A DNA stretch of 63,163 bases, the filler included, from a bacterium (GTDB lineage: Bacteria; JAMOTN01), in NCBI GenBank assembly GCA_027062325.1. It is 3 parts of 3 records of this genome, joined end to end, with 100 filler letters (N's around TTAATTAATTAA, not from the genome) between each part and the next. Parts side by side here need not be neighbours in the genome. Positions count along the whole stretch, not along the records: positions 23,215 to 45,915 come from JAMOTN010000066.1; 2 more parts are not named here. The stretch is one strand, 5' to 3'. This document shows, in pieces, positions 30,020 through 39,793 of this stretch. The position numbers and the translations under genes are program-made. The notes below the pieces were generated by a model. The model was not told where the DNA came from, made no database searches, and was given only the letters and a program-made list of their open reading frames with translations. Numbering within the stretch: position 1 is the stretch's first letter; every line of letters starts with the position of its first letter.

Positions 30020-30778
30020 ATGCTAAAAAAATTAGGAAGTCAGGCTTTATTTATTCTCTTAATTACGCTACTTAGTATACATGCACACGCCAAAATATAC
30101 TCAGGAGTTTTGAAAGGCTATACAAAGTGGCAAGGTGAGGTATTCGTTGAAGGAGATATAGTAATTCCCGAAGATTCTGTTCTGGTCATAATGCCGGGCA
30201 CCAAAGTAACATTTCTACCTGCAAGAAGTAGCACTGATCATGTAGCCAAAAACTTTAAAAATCCTGAACACACATTTGGAACAGTTGGAAAATGCGACAT
30301 TTTTGTTTATGGAAGTGTAAGATTCTTGGGAAATTCAAAAGCTCCCATAATTTTAGGAAATACTGCTAAAGACCAATTTGAAAAAAACGTTATCGGATGG
30401 GGCGGCATTATCCTCATGCCTGAAGCCCAAACTGTGAAGATAAGTTATGCAAAATTCCAATTTGCCGAGAAAGCTCTTCAGATAACAGGAAATTTGAAGT
30501 GTGAAGTTGACCACTGCTCTTTTATTGGAAACAAAACTGGAATCGAAACGTTGGAAATGTCAGAGCCGTTAATTCTCAAGAACACCTTTAAATCTAACAA
30601 CATAGGGATCCTTGTAACTGACAAGTCCTTTCCGCGCATATATTACAATACATTCATTGGTAACGTAGAAGCTGCCGTAAAAGTTACTGATATTGCATAT
30701 CCCGTAGGAAATGGCAATAAATTTCAAGCAAACGCTAGAGACATCTGGGACTTGAGAAATATTCTCTATAGAGAGTAA
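30020..30778 (+). CDS. Secreted right-handed parallel beta-helix protein (NosD/pectate-lyase-like fold)
   Basis: Signal peptide AHA|K; GDIVIP..SVLVIMPGT, WGGI, repeated N.F..N..GI units. Confidence 0.75.
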   Translation: MLKKLGSQALFILLITLLSIHAHAKIYSGVLKGYTKWQGEVFVEGDIVIPEDSVLVIMPGTKVTFLPARSSTDHVAKNFKNPEHTFGTVGKCDIFVYGSVRFLGNSKAPIILGNTAKDQFEKNVIGWGGIILMPEAQTVKISYAKFQFAEKALQITGNLKCEVDHCSFIGNKTGIETLEMSEPLILKNTFKSNNIGILVTDKSFPRIYYNTFIGNVEAAVKVTDIAYPVGNGNKFQANARDIWDLRNILYRE

Positions 30779-30808
30779 AGACTAAAAACTTGCAAAGGGG
30801 GGCTAATT

Positions 30809-32197
30809 ATGCCATTCAAAGCTTGGTTTGAAAACTCTGATGATTTTAGCGAAGGTGTAGAAATCGTTTTACGCAAAGAAATCGAGGGCACAAAGCTATC
30901 ACACAAGAAAGCTATTCCTTTTGTAGAAGATAGCAAGTTGAAAATCGCAGTCAATCCGGACGACGGACTGACAAAGCCTTTGCTGAGCATAGTAGAAAAA
31001 TTTAGAAGAAGTGGAGCTGAAGCGTACAAAAAAATCCCTGAGTGGGCAAAAATTGGAGCAATAGATATCAAAGCATGGTCAGAGGCTGCTAATTATAGTA
31101 ATGAAGAAGAATTCCTTAAGCTTTTATTTTCATTTGTAGAAGGATTTGTCCTTGCTAGTTACACTGGAAAAGATATTGAAGGCGAAAAAACAAAATTAAT
31201 TCTTATAAATTCAAAAGATAACGCAACATACAAAGAACTAGAGAAGGAATACTCAAAAAAACTTACCACTCTTGAATTTGTAAAAGACATAATTGCCAAA
31301 CCCGCTGAGGAGATAAACACAGATTTCTTTGTAGATTTTGTTCATGAAAACTTCACAGACAGGAAGGTAACTATTATTCGCGGCGAAAAGCTCCTCGATC
31401 ACAATCTGCGCTTAATACATGCCGTTGGAAGAGCAGGAAAAACTCCTCCCACCTTGATAATAATAGAACCAAAAGGCACACGCTCAAAACTAGCTGTAAT
31501 AGGTAAAGGGGTTTGTTATGACTCAGGCGGTCTTTGTATAAAGCGTTGCAATAGCATGCGCCTTATGCACCTTGATATGACAGGAGCAGCAATAACTCTG
31601 GGACTTGCCAAACTTTTTCCAGATTTTGCATTTTTCCTACCTGTTGTTGAAAATATGCCTGACAGCACAGCTTATAAAGCAGGTGATGTTATCGAAGCAT
31701 ACAACGGCAAAAAAGTTGAAATAGTAAGCACCGATGCAGAGGGGAGACTAATTCTTGCCGATGCAATTGCGCTTGCTCAAGATATGGGATACGAAAAGGT
31801 TGTTGATATTGCAACGCTTACAGGAGCATCATATACTGCCCTAGGAACATACGTTGCCGCTTTTTTAGCAAATGACGACGAATTAGCTAAGTTCCTCGAA
31901 AAAGCTGGTGGAGAAGCCGCTGAACCTGTCTGGCGCCTTCCTCTTGTTGAAGAGTACACTGAATTTTTAAAGACTGATAGAGCTGACTTTAAAAACTCAG
32001 CAGGCAAGGGAGAAGCTTCTACAATAGTTGCAGCACTATTCTTGAAAAACTTTATAAAAGAAAACTCAAAGTGGTTGCACATAGATGTTGCGGGGACTAA
32101 TTTCCCTGAAAACACATGGTTCTATCGTAGCAAAACTTCCCCAGCTTTTGGCTTCTTGCTCCTATATGAATTCCTGAAAAAAGTAAAAGCTCAATAG
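30809..32197 (+). CDS. pepA: Leucyl aminopeptidase (peptidase M17)
   Basis: GKGVCYDSGG, DMTGAA, TDAEGRLILAD, DIATLTGA, WLHIDVAG. Confidence 0.9.
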   Translation: MPFKAWFENSDDFSEGVEIVLRKEIEGTKLSHKKAIPFVEDSKLKIAVNPDDGLTKPLLSIVEKFRRSGAEAYKKIPEWAKIGAIDIKAWSEAANYSNEEEFLKLLFSFVEGFVLASYTGKDIEGEKTKLILINSKDNATYKELEKEYSKKLTTLEFVKDIIAKPAEEINTDFFVDFVHENFTDRKVTIIRGEKLLDHNLRLIHAVGRAGKTPPTLIIIEPKGTRSKLAVIGKGVCYDSGGLCIKRCNSMRLMHLDMTGAAITLGLAKLFPDFAFFLPVVENMPDSTAYKAGDVIEAYNGKKVEIVSTDAEGRLILADAIALAQDMGYEKVVDIATLTGASYTALGTYVAAFLANDDELAKFLEKAGGEAAEPVWRLPLVEEYTEFLKTDRADFKNSAGKGEASTIVAALFLKNFIKENSKWLHIDVAGTNFPENTWFYRSKTSPAFGFLLLYEFLKKVKAQ

Positions 32198-32204
32198 TAA
32201 GAAG

Positions 32205-32255
32205 GCCCCCGCTCAAAACGTAGAAAATTCAAGATTCATTAAGCGGGGGCTTTTT
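32205..32255. terminator. Possible terminator hairpin between convergent genes
   Basis: GCCCCCGCT...AGCGGGGGC-TTTTT; the loop is long (about 28 nt) and the right arm lies inside the opposite gene. Confidence 0.4.
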
Positions 32256-32462
32256 CCTCACTTTTTTCAAAGTCCAAACAATCTCTACAGTGGCCTCTAT
32301 CCAACCAAGCCAATAACCTATCTTGAACCAAAGTGGGTAGGTGTCAAAAGTGCTGTCAAGCAACAACCCAACACCACTTCCTATCATAACACTTGTAGCA
32401 TAAGTCCATACGAACCACAAGAGCGCACCTACCGCATCTAGAACATAATTTAGCACCTTCAT
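32229..32462 (-). CDS. AtpZ/AtpI-like small membrane protein
   Basis: Two TM helices with GVGLLLDSTFDTYP..F..G..LG, the GxxLDxxFxTxP pattern. Confidence 0.55.
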   Translation of the reverse strand: MKVLNYVLDAVGALLWFVWTYATSVMIGSGVGLLLDSTFDTYPLWFKIGYWLGWIEATVEIVWTLKKVRKKPPLNES

Positions 32463-32482
32463 ATCAGCCACCTCACCTACCA

Positions 32483-33193
32483 TTACCTAGCAAAATCAAA
32501 AAATAATTCTTCCTCAGAACCCTTCAATAATACCTTTGCTTTAGCCAAAACAGGCTTGTCAACATCATCAACTAAGTTGTGCAACAGTGAAAAAGCATCC
32601 GTAACCTTCACACTAATAGTCAGTGCCTTCACTAAAAATTCGCGTGCCAATTTATACTCAAACAAGCCGTAATAAGATACTCCAATTAAAAAATTTATAA
32701 CCGCAAAGTCTTCCGTTCTTTGAACCCCTATTTTCTCCTCACTTCTCATAGTCTCAGACATTTGAAACAACTCCTTAGCTTGAAAATACTTATGTGCATC
32801 CAATACAACCAACCCTCTCAACATCCCTGTATAACCAAGTAAGCTCCTTCTACTAACCAAATCATGCAACAGTTCATCCGCTTCTTTCATTTTCCCCGAA
32901 AGAGCCATAACCCACGCCAAAAGATACCCCGCTGTATCTCGCTCAACCTCAAGGTAGTAATCAAACAAAGACACCATAACCTCTTCAAAATCTCCAGAAA
33001 TAATTCTTTCAAAACTTTCCTTTTCGAATTCGTTAAATTTTGAAAACAGCGATAGCCCTATCAACGCTTTACTTTTCAAGTAACGTCTAGCAAAACTCGA
33101 TATATCAAACTCCTTTGGGGCATAAAAATTACTTCCCAACTTTACTTCTGGAAACTCGATCAATCTTCCACCCGTATTTCTCAATCTTCGCAT
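32483..33193 (-). CDS. TPR-like hypothetical protein (start uncertain)
   Basis: Helical repeats such as NFLIGVSYYGLFEYKLAREFLVKAL. Confidence 0.6.
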   Translation of the reverse strand: MRRLRNTGGRLIEFPEVKLGSNFYAPKEFDISSFARRYLKSKALIGLSLFSKFNEFEKESFERIISGDFEEVMVSLFDYYLEVERDTAGYLLAWVMALSGKMKEADELLHDLVSRRSLLGYTGMLRGLVVLDAHKYFQAKELFQMSETMRSEEKIGVQRTEDFAVINFLIGVSYYGLFEYKLAREFLVKALTISVKVTDAFSLLHNLVDDVDKPVLAKAKVLLKGSEEELFFDFAR

Positions 33194-34679
33194 AAACAGT
33201 CTTCCTATCCACTCCTAAAATCCTCGCAGCTTTGCTTATATTATATTTTACCTTTTCCAAAACATACCTGTAATACATCTTCTCAAGCTCTTCTAAAGTA
33301 ACCAACTCTTTTACCACAAATAAACCATCTGAGATCACCTTTCCAATTTCAGTATTCTCTTCAAACTCCACTTCCTTTCTCTCTGCATCTCTAAAAATCA
33401 AATCATTCCTATTAAACCTTCCATCAATAGCCCCATCCTTTTCCACATTTTCTTCAGTATCAGCTATATCCGGTAACTTCTTAATTTCAATATATTCCAA
33501 AGCTCCAGTCTCAGCTCCCACAATATCCAACCACCACCGAGGTAAGTCTGAAAGTTCAATCTTACCCCTACTTACCAAAACAGCAAATTCTAAAACGTTC
33601 TCCAACTCTCTCACATTTCCGCTCCACGAATAATTGAGAAAAAGCTTCATCACCTCTTTTGAAACCCCTTCTATTTTCTTCTCATATTTTCTTGCCAACC
33701 GCTTAACTATGTAATACGTTAAAAATACTATGTCATCGCGCCGCTCCTTCAATGGTGGAATATCTATCCTTATAACTGCTATTCTCCAATAAAGGTCTTC
33801 TCTGAATTTACCCTCTTTAGAAAGCTTATACAAATCAGAACCCGCAGCAGCTATCAACCTGAAATCAACTAGCCGCTCGCTACTACTCCCCAATCTTCTT
33901 ATTCTCTTGTCCTGTAAAACTCTCAAAAGCTTTGCCTGTAAATCAAATGGCATCTTGTCAATCTCATCTAAAAACAAAGTTCCCCCATCAGCTTCCTCAA
34001 TTAATCCCTTCTTCGAGGTAACCGCACCGGTAAACGCTCCCTTTTCAAAACCAAATAACTCTGCCTCCAACAAGCCTTCGGGAATGGAAGCACAGTTTAC
34101 CTTAACAATTTTTCCACGTCTTCTGCTCTCCCGATGAATGTAATCTGCTATCTTTTCTTTTCCAACACCTGTGGGACCAATAATTAAAACTGGGGCATCT
34201 GTCTTAGCCGAAATTTCAGCCATCTTCAAAACCCTTTTCATCCGTGAAGATGCTGCAACAATTCCCTCAACAACTGTAACACCTGATCTAGCTTTAACTC
34301 TAAGAATTCTTCCAAGATCACTTAAAGAAGCCCTAACAGCTGAAGAAAGTAATTCCTCCTCAAATGGATACGGAACCACAAAAGACGCACCCAAACGAGT
34401 ATAGATTACTGCTTTTTTAAAAGCCTTGCTACCATCAACTAAAACTATAACCACAGGAATATCTACAAAATTCTGCCATATCTCATCAAACTCATCAAAA
34501 TTTTCCCACAGGAATACTATATCGGTTCTACCTAGATCCTCCTTGGAAATGCAGGTCTTTAAAAGCAAAGAAGTTCTTATACCTTTTTCTGACAGCTCCT
34601 TTTTAAACCCGTTTTTTATCATCTCCACAGCATCTTCGTAAACAGCAGGGGCAATCAAAGCAACTTCTAATCTATCCAT
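33129..34679 (-). CDS. Sigma-54-dependent transcriptional activator (NtrC/Fis family) with a degenerate receiver
   Basis: Walker A GPTGVGKE, ELFGFEKGAFTGA, FLDEI, FREDLYWRI, WSGNVRELEN, Fis HTH NISKAARILGVDRKTVY. Confidence 0.95.
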   Translation of the reverse strand: MDRLEVALIAPAVYEDAVEMIKNGFKKELSEKGIRTSLLLKTCISKEDLGRTDIVFLWENFDEFDEIWQNFVDIPVVIVLVDGSKAFKKAVIYTRLGASFVVPYPFEEELLSSAVRASLSDLGRILRVKARSGVTVVEGIVAASSRMKRVLKMAEISAKTDAPVLIIGPTGVGKEKIADYIHRESRRRGKIVKVNCASIPEGLLEAELFGFEKGAFTGAVTSKKGLIEEADGGTLFLDEIDKMPFDLQAKLLRVLQDKRIRRLGSSSERLVDFRLIAAAGSDLYKLSKEGKFREDLYWRIAVIRIDIPPLKERRDDIVFLTYYIVKRLARKYEKKIEGVSKEVMKLFLNYSWSGNVRELENVLEFAVLVSRGKIELSDLPRWWLDIVGAETGALEYIEIKKLPDIADTEENVEKDGAIDGRFNRNDLIFRDAERKEVEFEENTEIGKVISDGLFVVKELVTLEELEKMYYRYVLEKVKYNISKAARILGVDRKTVYAKIEKYGWKIDRVSRSKVGK

Positions 34680-35203
34680 TAATACTCAATACCCCTTCTT
34701 TCCAAAATTCCCTTTTGATAAGGGTGCTTTATCTCCTCCATAGAAGTAACATAATCAGCAAACTCTATGAACTCCTCAGGAGCATATCTTCCAGTTAATA
34801 CCACTTCGGTATTTCCGCGCTTTTTCAAAATCTCTATAACTTTTACTGGATCAATCAGTTTATAATAGGTAGCCACACATACCTCATCAAACACTACCAG
34901 ATCATATTCGCCTGAAACAACAGCTTCCTCAAACTTCTCAACCGCTTTATCCGCCCAAAATCTGTCAACTTCTGTGGGCTCCGTGACAAAGTTGCAAGTT
35001 CCAAAACGGTACATATCAAAGTTAAAAAGTGCTTCCCTTATATTCCACTCACCACAATCTTGCCCTTTCATTACCTGTATAAAACAACATTTCAAACCCT
35101 GCCCTATTGCGCGTAAACACAAACCTAGAGCAGCCGTTGTTTTACCCTTGCCATTTCCTGTGTAAACATGAACTAATCCTAACTCCGAGTTAGCATTCGG
35201 CAT
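34679..35203 (-). CDS. cobO: ATP:corrinoid adenosyltransferase (CobO/BtuR family)
   Basis: VYTGNGKGKTTAALG, YDLVVFDE, LTGR, KHPY...RRGIEY. Confidence 0.92.
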   Translation of the reverse strand: MPNANSELGLVHVYTGNGKGKTTAALGLCLRAIGQGLKCCFIQVMKGQDCGEWNIREALFNFDMYRFGTCNFVTEPTEVDRFWADKAVEKFEEAVVSGEYDLVVFDEVCVATYYKLIDPVKVIEILKKRGNTEVVLTGRYAPEEFIEFADYVTSMEEIKHPYQKGILERRGIEY

Positions 35204-35208
35204 TCTCC

Positions 35209-36780
35209 TCACTCCTTTTCAACCATCCTACCAACAAGTTTCTTAAACCATGCATAAGCAGAAAATCTCTTTGGATCAATCTGGGGAGCCTTTAATCCTT
35301 TGTAATCAATAGCAGAATAAGTATTCAAAACTGAAAATTTAAAGAGAATTTTATCATCTATAGCATACTTCGAGGCTTCAAGATAACTTTCCCTTGCCTT
35401 ATCCCATTTTTCTAAATAGAGATATAAATCCCCCAAGTGATCGTATAACTCAACTTTCCCACTCACCGGCAGCTTGTCCATATTTTTCAAAGCTTTTGTG
35501 TAGGCCTTAATTGCATCATCGAACCTTCTCATCTTATAGTATATAAAGCCCAATGTATCCAAAAACGTTGGACTATTCGGATCTTTTTCTACTGCTTTTT
35601 TAGAAAGAGAAAGCGCCCTATTTAAGTCACGTCCAAGCTCTGCAAAAACATAAGCAAGGTTGTTGCTATAAGTTGGGTTGTCTGGTTTTAGTTTAATGAG
35701 TTTTTCAAGCCATTTGACCGACTTGGCATCTTCACCTTTAGCAAAGTATAGATTTGTAAGGTTTTCTACTAACGGAGCATAGTTTGGCCACTTTTCAAGT
35801 GCACTAAGTATAAATTTCTCTGCCTCATCATATCTCTTCAACTTTATAAGAACTAAAGCTTTAGTATCGTAAAAAGCAGGTTCATCTGGTTTGAGCTCTA
35901 TTGCTTTATTAACAAGTTCCAACGCTTTATCCAATTTAATTCCATACATGGCGTAAAAATAAGCCAAATTATTCTTTGCAGCTGCATCATTTGGATACGC
36001 TTTAACAGCCAATTGGTAGGAATAGAGTCTAAAATCCGGATAAGCATTATCTTCATTAGCTTTGGCTATTATATCAAGAATCTCTGCGGTAAGAGCAGCT
36101 TTATATTTGTCTTCAGAATACTCCAGAGCCTTATCAAAACAATAAACTGCATATTTTCTCGCCTCCGAACTATCAGCTGCACGACACAACATTTGAGCCA
36201 AGACAAACCAATAAACCGGATTCTTGCTATCAGAATCCACCATTTGCTGCACTTGAGCATCTACATTCACACTCATTATCTCATTAGAAAATGCAGCGAT
36301 AGCACTTTTCACAATTAAAGCAAATAACTTTATAAGATCATTCGAACCTGATTTCTCAACCGCTTGATCAACGTATACCTTAGCTTGGTATAAAAATGTT
36401 TTTATCACCGCAGGATCCACCTCATCAGTAGAGATCCAAACATAAACATATGCAGCATCTAACCATATCTCCGGCCAACTTGAAGTTATCATATTCAGAA
36501 CTTGATGCAACACTTCAAACTTTTGAGCCCTAGCTTTTCCCAAGGAAACATTTGAACTCCTTATCTTCTCTAAGAGTTTTCTCAACAAGACTATGTGCCT
36601 GTTAACCTCAAAAGGATGCGTCTTGATCTGATTTATTACTCCTTCTATGGTGTAGTCATCTGGCAGAGAGAAAAATATTCCCTCACCCAAATTGAAAAGA
36701 TCCGCTCCAAACAACGAAATTGAAAGAAGCAGCATCATTAACAATGCTCTTTTCATTTTCACTGCAACCATATCTTTCAC
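35209..36780 (-). CDS. Secreted tetratricopeptide repeat protein
   Basis: Signal peptide; multiple TPRs (NNLAYFYA...ALELVNKAIELKP; FLDTLGFIYYK). Confidence 0.85.
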   Translation of the reverse strand: MKDMVAVKMKRALLMMLLLSISLFGADLFNLGEGIFFSLPDDYTIEGVINQIKTHPFEVNRHIVLLRKLLEKIRSSNVSLGKARAQKFEVLHQVLNMITSSWPEIWLDAAYVYVWISTDEVDPAVIKTFLYQAKVYVDQAVEKSGSNDLIKLFALIVKSAIAAFSNEIMSVNVDAQVQQMVDSDSKNPVYWFVLAQMLCRAADSSEARKYAVYCFDKALEYSEDKYKAALTAEILDIIAKANEDNAYPDFRLYSYQLAVKAYPNDAAAKNNLAYFYAMYGIKLDKALELVNKAIELKPDEPAFYDTKALVLIKLKRYDEAEKFILSALEKWPNYAPLVENLTNLYFAKGEDAKSVKWLEKLIKLKPDNPTYSNNLAYVFAELGRDLNRALSLSKKAVEKDPNSPTFLDTLGFIYYKMRRFDDAIKAYTKALKNMDKLPVSGKVELYDHLGDLYLYLEKWDKARESYLEASKYAIDDKILFKFSVLNTYSAIDYKGLKAPQIDPKRFSAYAWFKKLVGRMVEKE

Positions 36781-36791
36781 TCCCTAAAAAT

Positions 36792-37688
36792 TTATCTCCA
36801 CCAGTAAATCCACCCACAACTCGTTCCAACCAGTAATCCATACTTTGTTTTGTAAAGACAAGTAATAGTGTTTGCCGGCAGTCCATCCGCTTTTGTAAAT
36901 CTCACCGCATAGTAAAGCGAAGGAACATATTTGTAAAGTCCATGAGAATTACCAAGATATACTGCATCTCCCCGCGAGGCTAAAAAGTTGAACTTCTCTG
37001 CACTAAATCCCGGTAAAGTTACCTCTTTTCTCAATCCATCAAGTTCTATTTTTAGAGTCCAGGAAACCAAATACCACTTAACTTTAGAAGTTTCTTTGAA
37101 ATTTGAGGCTAAAGTCTCATCTAGCTGCTCAACATCTCCTTCTATCATAGCCTGAAAGTTACCTTTTTCCAGAAACTTCATACTTTTCAAACAAAATACT
37201 CCCCTATCTGTGAAAAGAAGACCATGATTCAAACTTATGCCATTTGGAAAACCAACCTCAACACGTGAAATTATCTTCCCCTCTTTGTAAACCCTGACTT
37301 CCCCACTCTGCATAACCACCTTGAATGAATCGTTTGAAAATGAAATAAAACGAGGATAATCGTCTATTTGCATCACAACCTTCTCGCGCCCCGTAACCTC
37401 ATCGTAGGCCTTAATTCCCTTTGGAGTGAGGTAGTAAATCACATCTCCAACTTCAATCACATCTAGTATCACCCCAGGAGCTATTAACCGTCTAACCTTT
37501 CCGGGAATATCTCTATAAAGCCCATTCGAAGTAGCAATCAAAACACCCTCTTTTGCATCAAATACACCGAACACAAAAGCACATTTTTTATAAGCACACC
37601 CAACCAAACTCAATATCCCTACACTCAAAACAAACAGAAAAGTTATCACCTTGAAAATCCACTTTTTGGGGATAATCAAAACTATCAC
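36792..37688 (-). CDS. Beta-propeller-like putative lipoprotein
   Basis: Lipobox-like SLVGC; IATSNGLY and FTKADGLPANTITCL (two-component regulator propeller repeat). Confidence 0.6.
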   Translation of the reverse strand: MIVLIIPKKWIFKVITFLFVLSVGILSLVGCAYKKCAFVFGVFDAKEGVLIATSNGLYRDIPGKVRRLIAPGVILDVIEVGDVIYYLTPKGIKAYDEVTGREKVVMQIDDYPRFISFSNDSFKVVMQSGEVRVYKEGKIISRVEVGFPNGISLNHGLLFTDRGVFCLKSMKFLEKGNFQAMIEGDVEQLDETLASNFKETSKVKWYLVSWTLKIELDGLRKEVTLPGFSAEKFNFLASRGDAVYLGNSHGLYKYVPSLYYAVRFTKADGLPANTITCLYKTKYGLLVGTSCGWIYWWR

Positions 37689-37689
37689 C

Positions 37690-38649
37690 TCATATTCCTT
37701 TTGAAAAGAGTCTTGCTATAGCACCTCTTTTTCCAGGAAGGTTACATAAATCCTCAAGGCGCTGTTTCAACTGAGTATTCTCTTTTGCAAGCTCCGTTAT
37801 TGCCTCAACATACCAAACATATACGTCCTCTTCCAAATCTGCAGGATCTATCGATAGCAACCACTCAATCTTTTGAGGCACATCACATTTCGCTACAGCT
37901 TTTATTATGTTTCTGTCTATCTCTTCAAATCCTGTTGGAAAATTACGCGTCAGTATCTCAAAAGCAAGGGGAGTGCCAATCTCTCCCAAAGCATAAGCTG
38001 CACTTGCTCTTTGCCACAGAGTTCCCGTTCTTATCATCTCTTCCAGAATTCCAAAACCTCTTATTCCAGTTCTTCTCCATATAGCCAGGGCAGCGTTTGC
38101 TCTTACACGGTTATTTTCATCATTTAATTTGTGCTTGAGTAGTCTCACAAGTTTTGGAGTATCATCAACTAACTTCTCTAAAGCCTCAACAGCATTAGCT
38201 CTAACACGCGCATTCGCATCTTTCAGAGCATAAGCAGCAATCCCAACCAAATCCTTTCTCTCATTTCTCTGCATCCACCTTAGAGCTTCTGCCCTCTGTC
38301 TAGGCGATAATCTCTTGAAAATTTGACAGAATTTACTAGGAGTCAAAGAAGCAGCAATTTTGTCCAAATAAGCTTCAACACTATCAGAAACATTTTTCAA
38401 AAATACCGAGAAATCATCGTGAATATGCACCAGATCCTCTGCAACTTCCCAATCTCCCAAAAACAATACTATAGAAGATAAGCATATATTACCCGAAAAT
38501 TTCCTGACCAGTTCAACTGTTTCTTCTTTGGAAAACTCTTCCCCTCTTCTAGCAAGTTCCCTCAAAATTAAAACCGCTCTTCTTGGCTCACTACTTTTCA
38601 GCTCTTCCTTTAACCTAGAGGCAGGCATCATCTGAAAATTGTCAACCAT
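37690..38649 (-). CDS. HEAT repeat protein
   Basis: LKDANARVRANAVEAL, LNDENNRVRANAALAI, QRASAAYALGEIG. Confidence 0.85.
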   Translation of the reverse strand: MVDNFQMMPASRLKEELKSSEPRRAVLILRELARRGEEFSKEETVELVRKFSGNICLSSIVLFLGDWEVAEDLVHIHDDFSVFLKNVSDSVEAYLDKIAASLTPSKFCQIFKRLSPRQRAEALRWMQRNERKDLVGIAAYALKDANARVRANAVEALEKLVDDTPKLVRLLKHKLNDENNRVRANAALAIWRRTGIRGFGILEEMIRTGTLWQRASAAYALGEIGTPLAFEILTRNFPTGFEEIDRNIIKAVAKCDVPQKIEWLLSIDPADLEEDVYVWYVEAITELAKENTQLKQRLEDLCNLPGKRGAIARLFSKGI

Positions 38650-38678
38650 AAAACCCCCTCCCCTAATAAACCAGTGCT

Positions 38679-39677
38679 CTACACAAGCCCATCGAAAAAT
38701 GCATCGATGAACTCATCTGGAGAAAACTCATAAAGATCTTCCACCTTTTCTCCAACTCCTATGAACTTAACAGGAAGCCCCAGCTTTTTGTAAATTGAGA
38801 AGACAAAGCCAGCCTTAGCAGAGCTGTCAAGTTTCGTAACAATCACTCCCGTTGTTCCAACCTCTCTTGAAAACTTCTCCGCTTGAACTACTGCATTCTG
38901 ACCGTTATTTGCATCCAAAACAAGCAGTATCTCACGTGGCTCATCAAGTACTTTCTTCCCTATAACACGCTTAACTTTCAAAAGTTCTTCCATAAGCTGC
39001 ATCTTATTGTGTAATCGCCCTGCCGTATCCACCAAAACCACATCTACTCCTCGTGCTACCGCCGCTTCCACTGCATCGTAAGCAACAGCTGCCGCATCTG
39101 ATCCCTGCTGATGCTTCACTATGTCGACTCCTATTTTCTTAGCCCACCACTCAAGCTGCTCTATCGCCGCTGCTCTAAACGTATCTCCAGCTGCAAGCAA
39201 AACTTTTCTACCTTCATCTTTCAACCTTTTGGAAACTTTGGCTATAGTGGTGGTCTTACCAGATCCGTTCACACCTATAAACATGAAAACGCTTGGGCCG
39301 CTTCTTCTAAAATTTAGAGGTTCAAATACAAGGTAATTTTTCAAAACCTCTTTAACTTTTGAAAGTCTAACTACATCTCCTTCTTCTTCCTCCAATCTTT
39401 CCAAAATTTCTTCTGTAAGTTCTAAGCCAGCATCCGAAGAAAGCAGTATCTCTTCTAACGTTTCCAATGTAATCTTGGGATCTCTCTTAGACTTTTTCTT
39501 AAGCTTTGACTGCGACTTTGTAATACTATCAGCAGAAGCTTTTGCAACTTCTTGAGCAGTAACCTCTGTCCCCTCATCAAGTTCCTCCAGCTCCTCCCCT
39601 GATACACTATCAACAACCTCTTTTATAGCTTTCTTAGTCTTTTTTAAAGCTTTTTTCAAAAAATCAAACATTCCCAT
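38679..39677 (-). CDS. ftsY: Signal recognition particle receptor FtsY
   Basis: GVNGSGKTTT, DTFRAAA, DTAGR, TKLD, GVGE. Confidence 0.97.
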   Translation of the reverse strand: MGMFDFLKKALKKTKKAIKEVVDSVSGEELEELDEGTEVTAQEVAKASADSITKSQSKLKKKSKRDPKITLETLEEILLSSDAGLELTEEILERLEEEEGDVVRLSKVKEVLKNYLVFEPLNFRRSGPSVFMFIGVNGSGKTTTIAKVSKRLKDEGRKVLLAAGDTFRAAAIEQLEWWAKKIGVDIVKHQQGSDAAAVAYDAVEAAVARGVDVVLVDTAGRLHNKMQLMEELLKVKRVIGKKVLDEPREILLVLDANNGQNAVVQAEKFSREVGTTGVIVTKLDSSAKAGFVFSIYKKLGLPVKFIGVGEKVEDLYEFSPDEFIDAFFDGLV

Positions 39678-39793
39678 AATATCACCCCTAATTAGCGTAT
39701 TAATATAAAAGCCAACACCAAATATAAACCCTTGTTACTTAATTTTAGCATACAAAATCTGGAAAAATTTTTGCTAAACGTGAACTATAAAGC

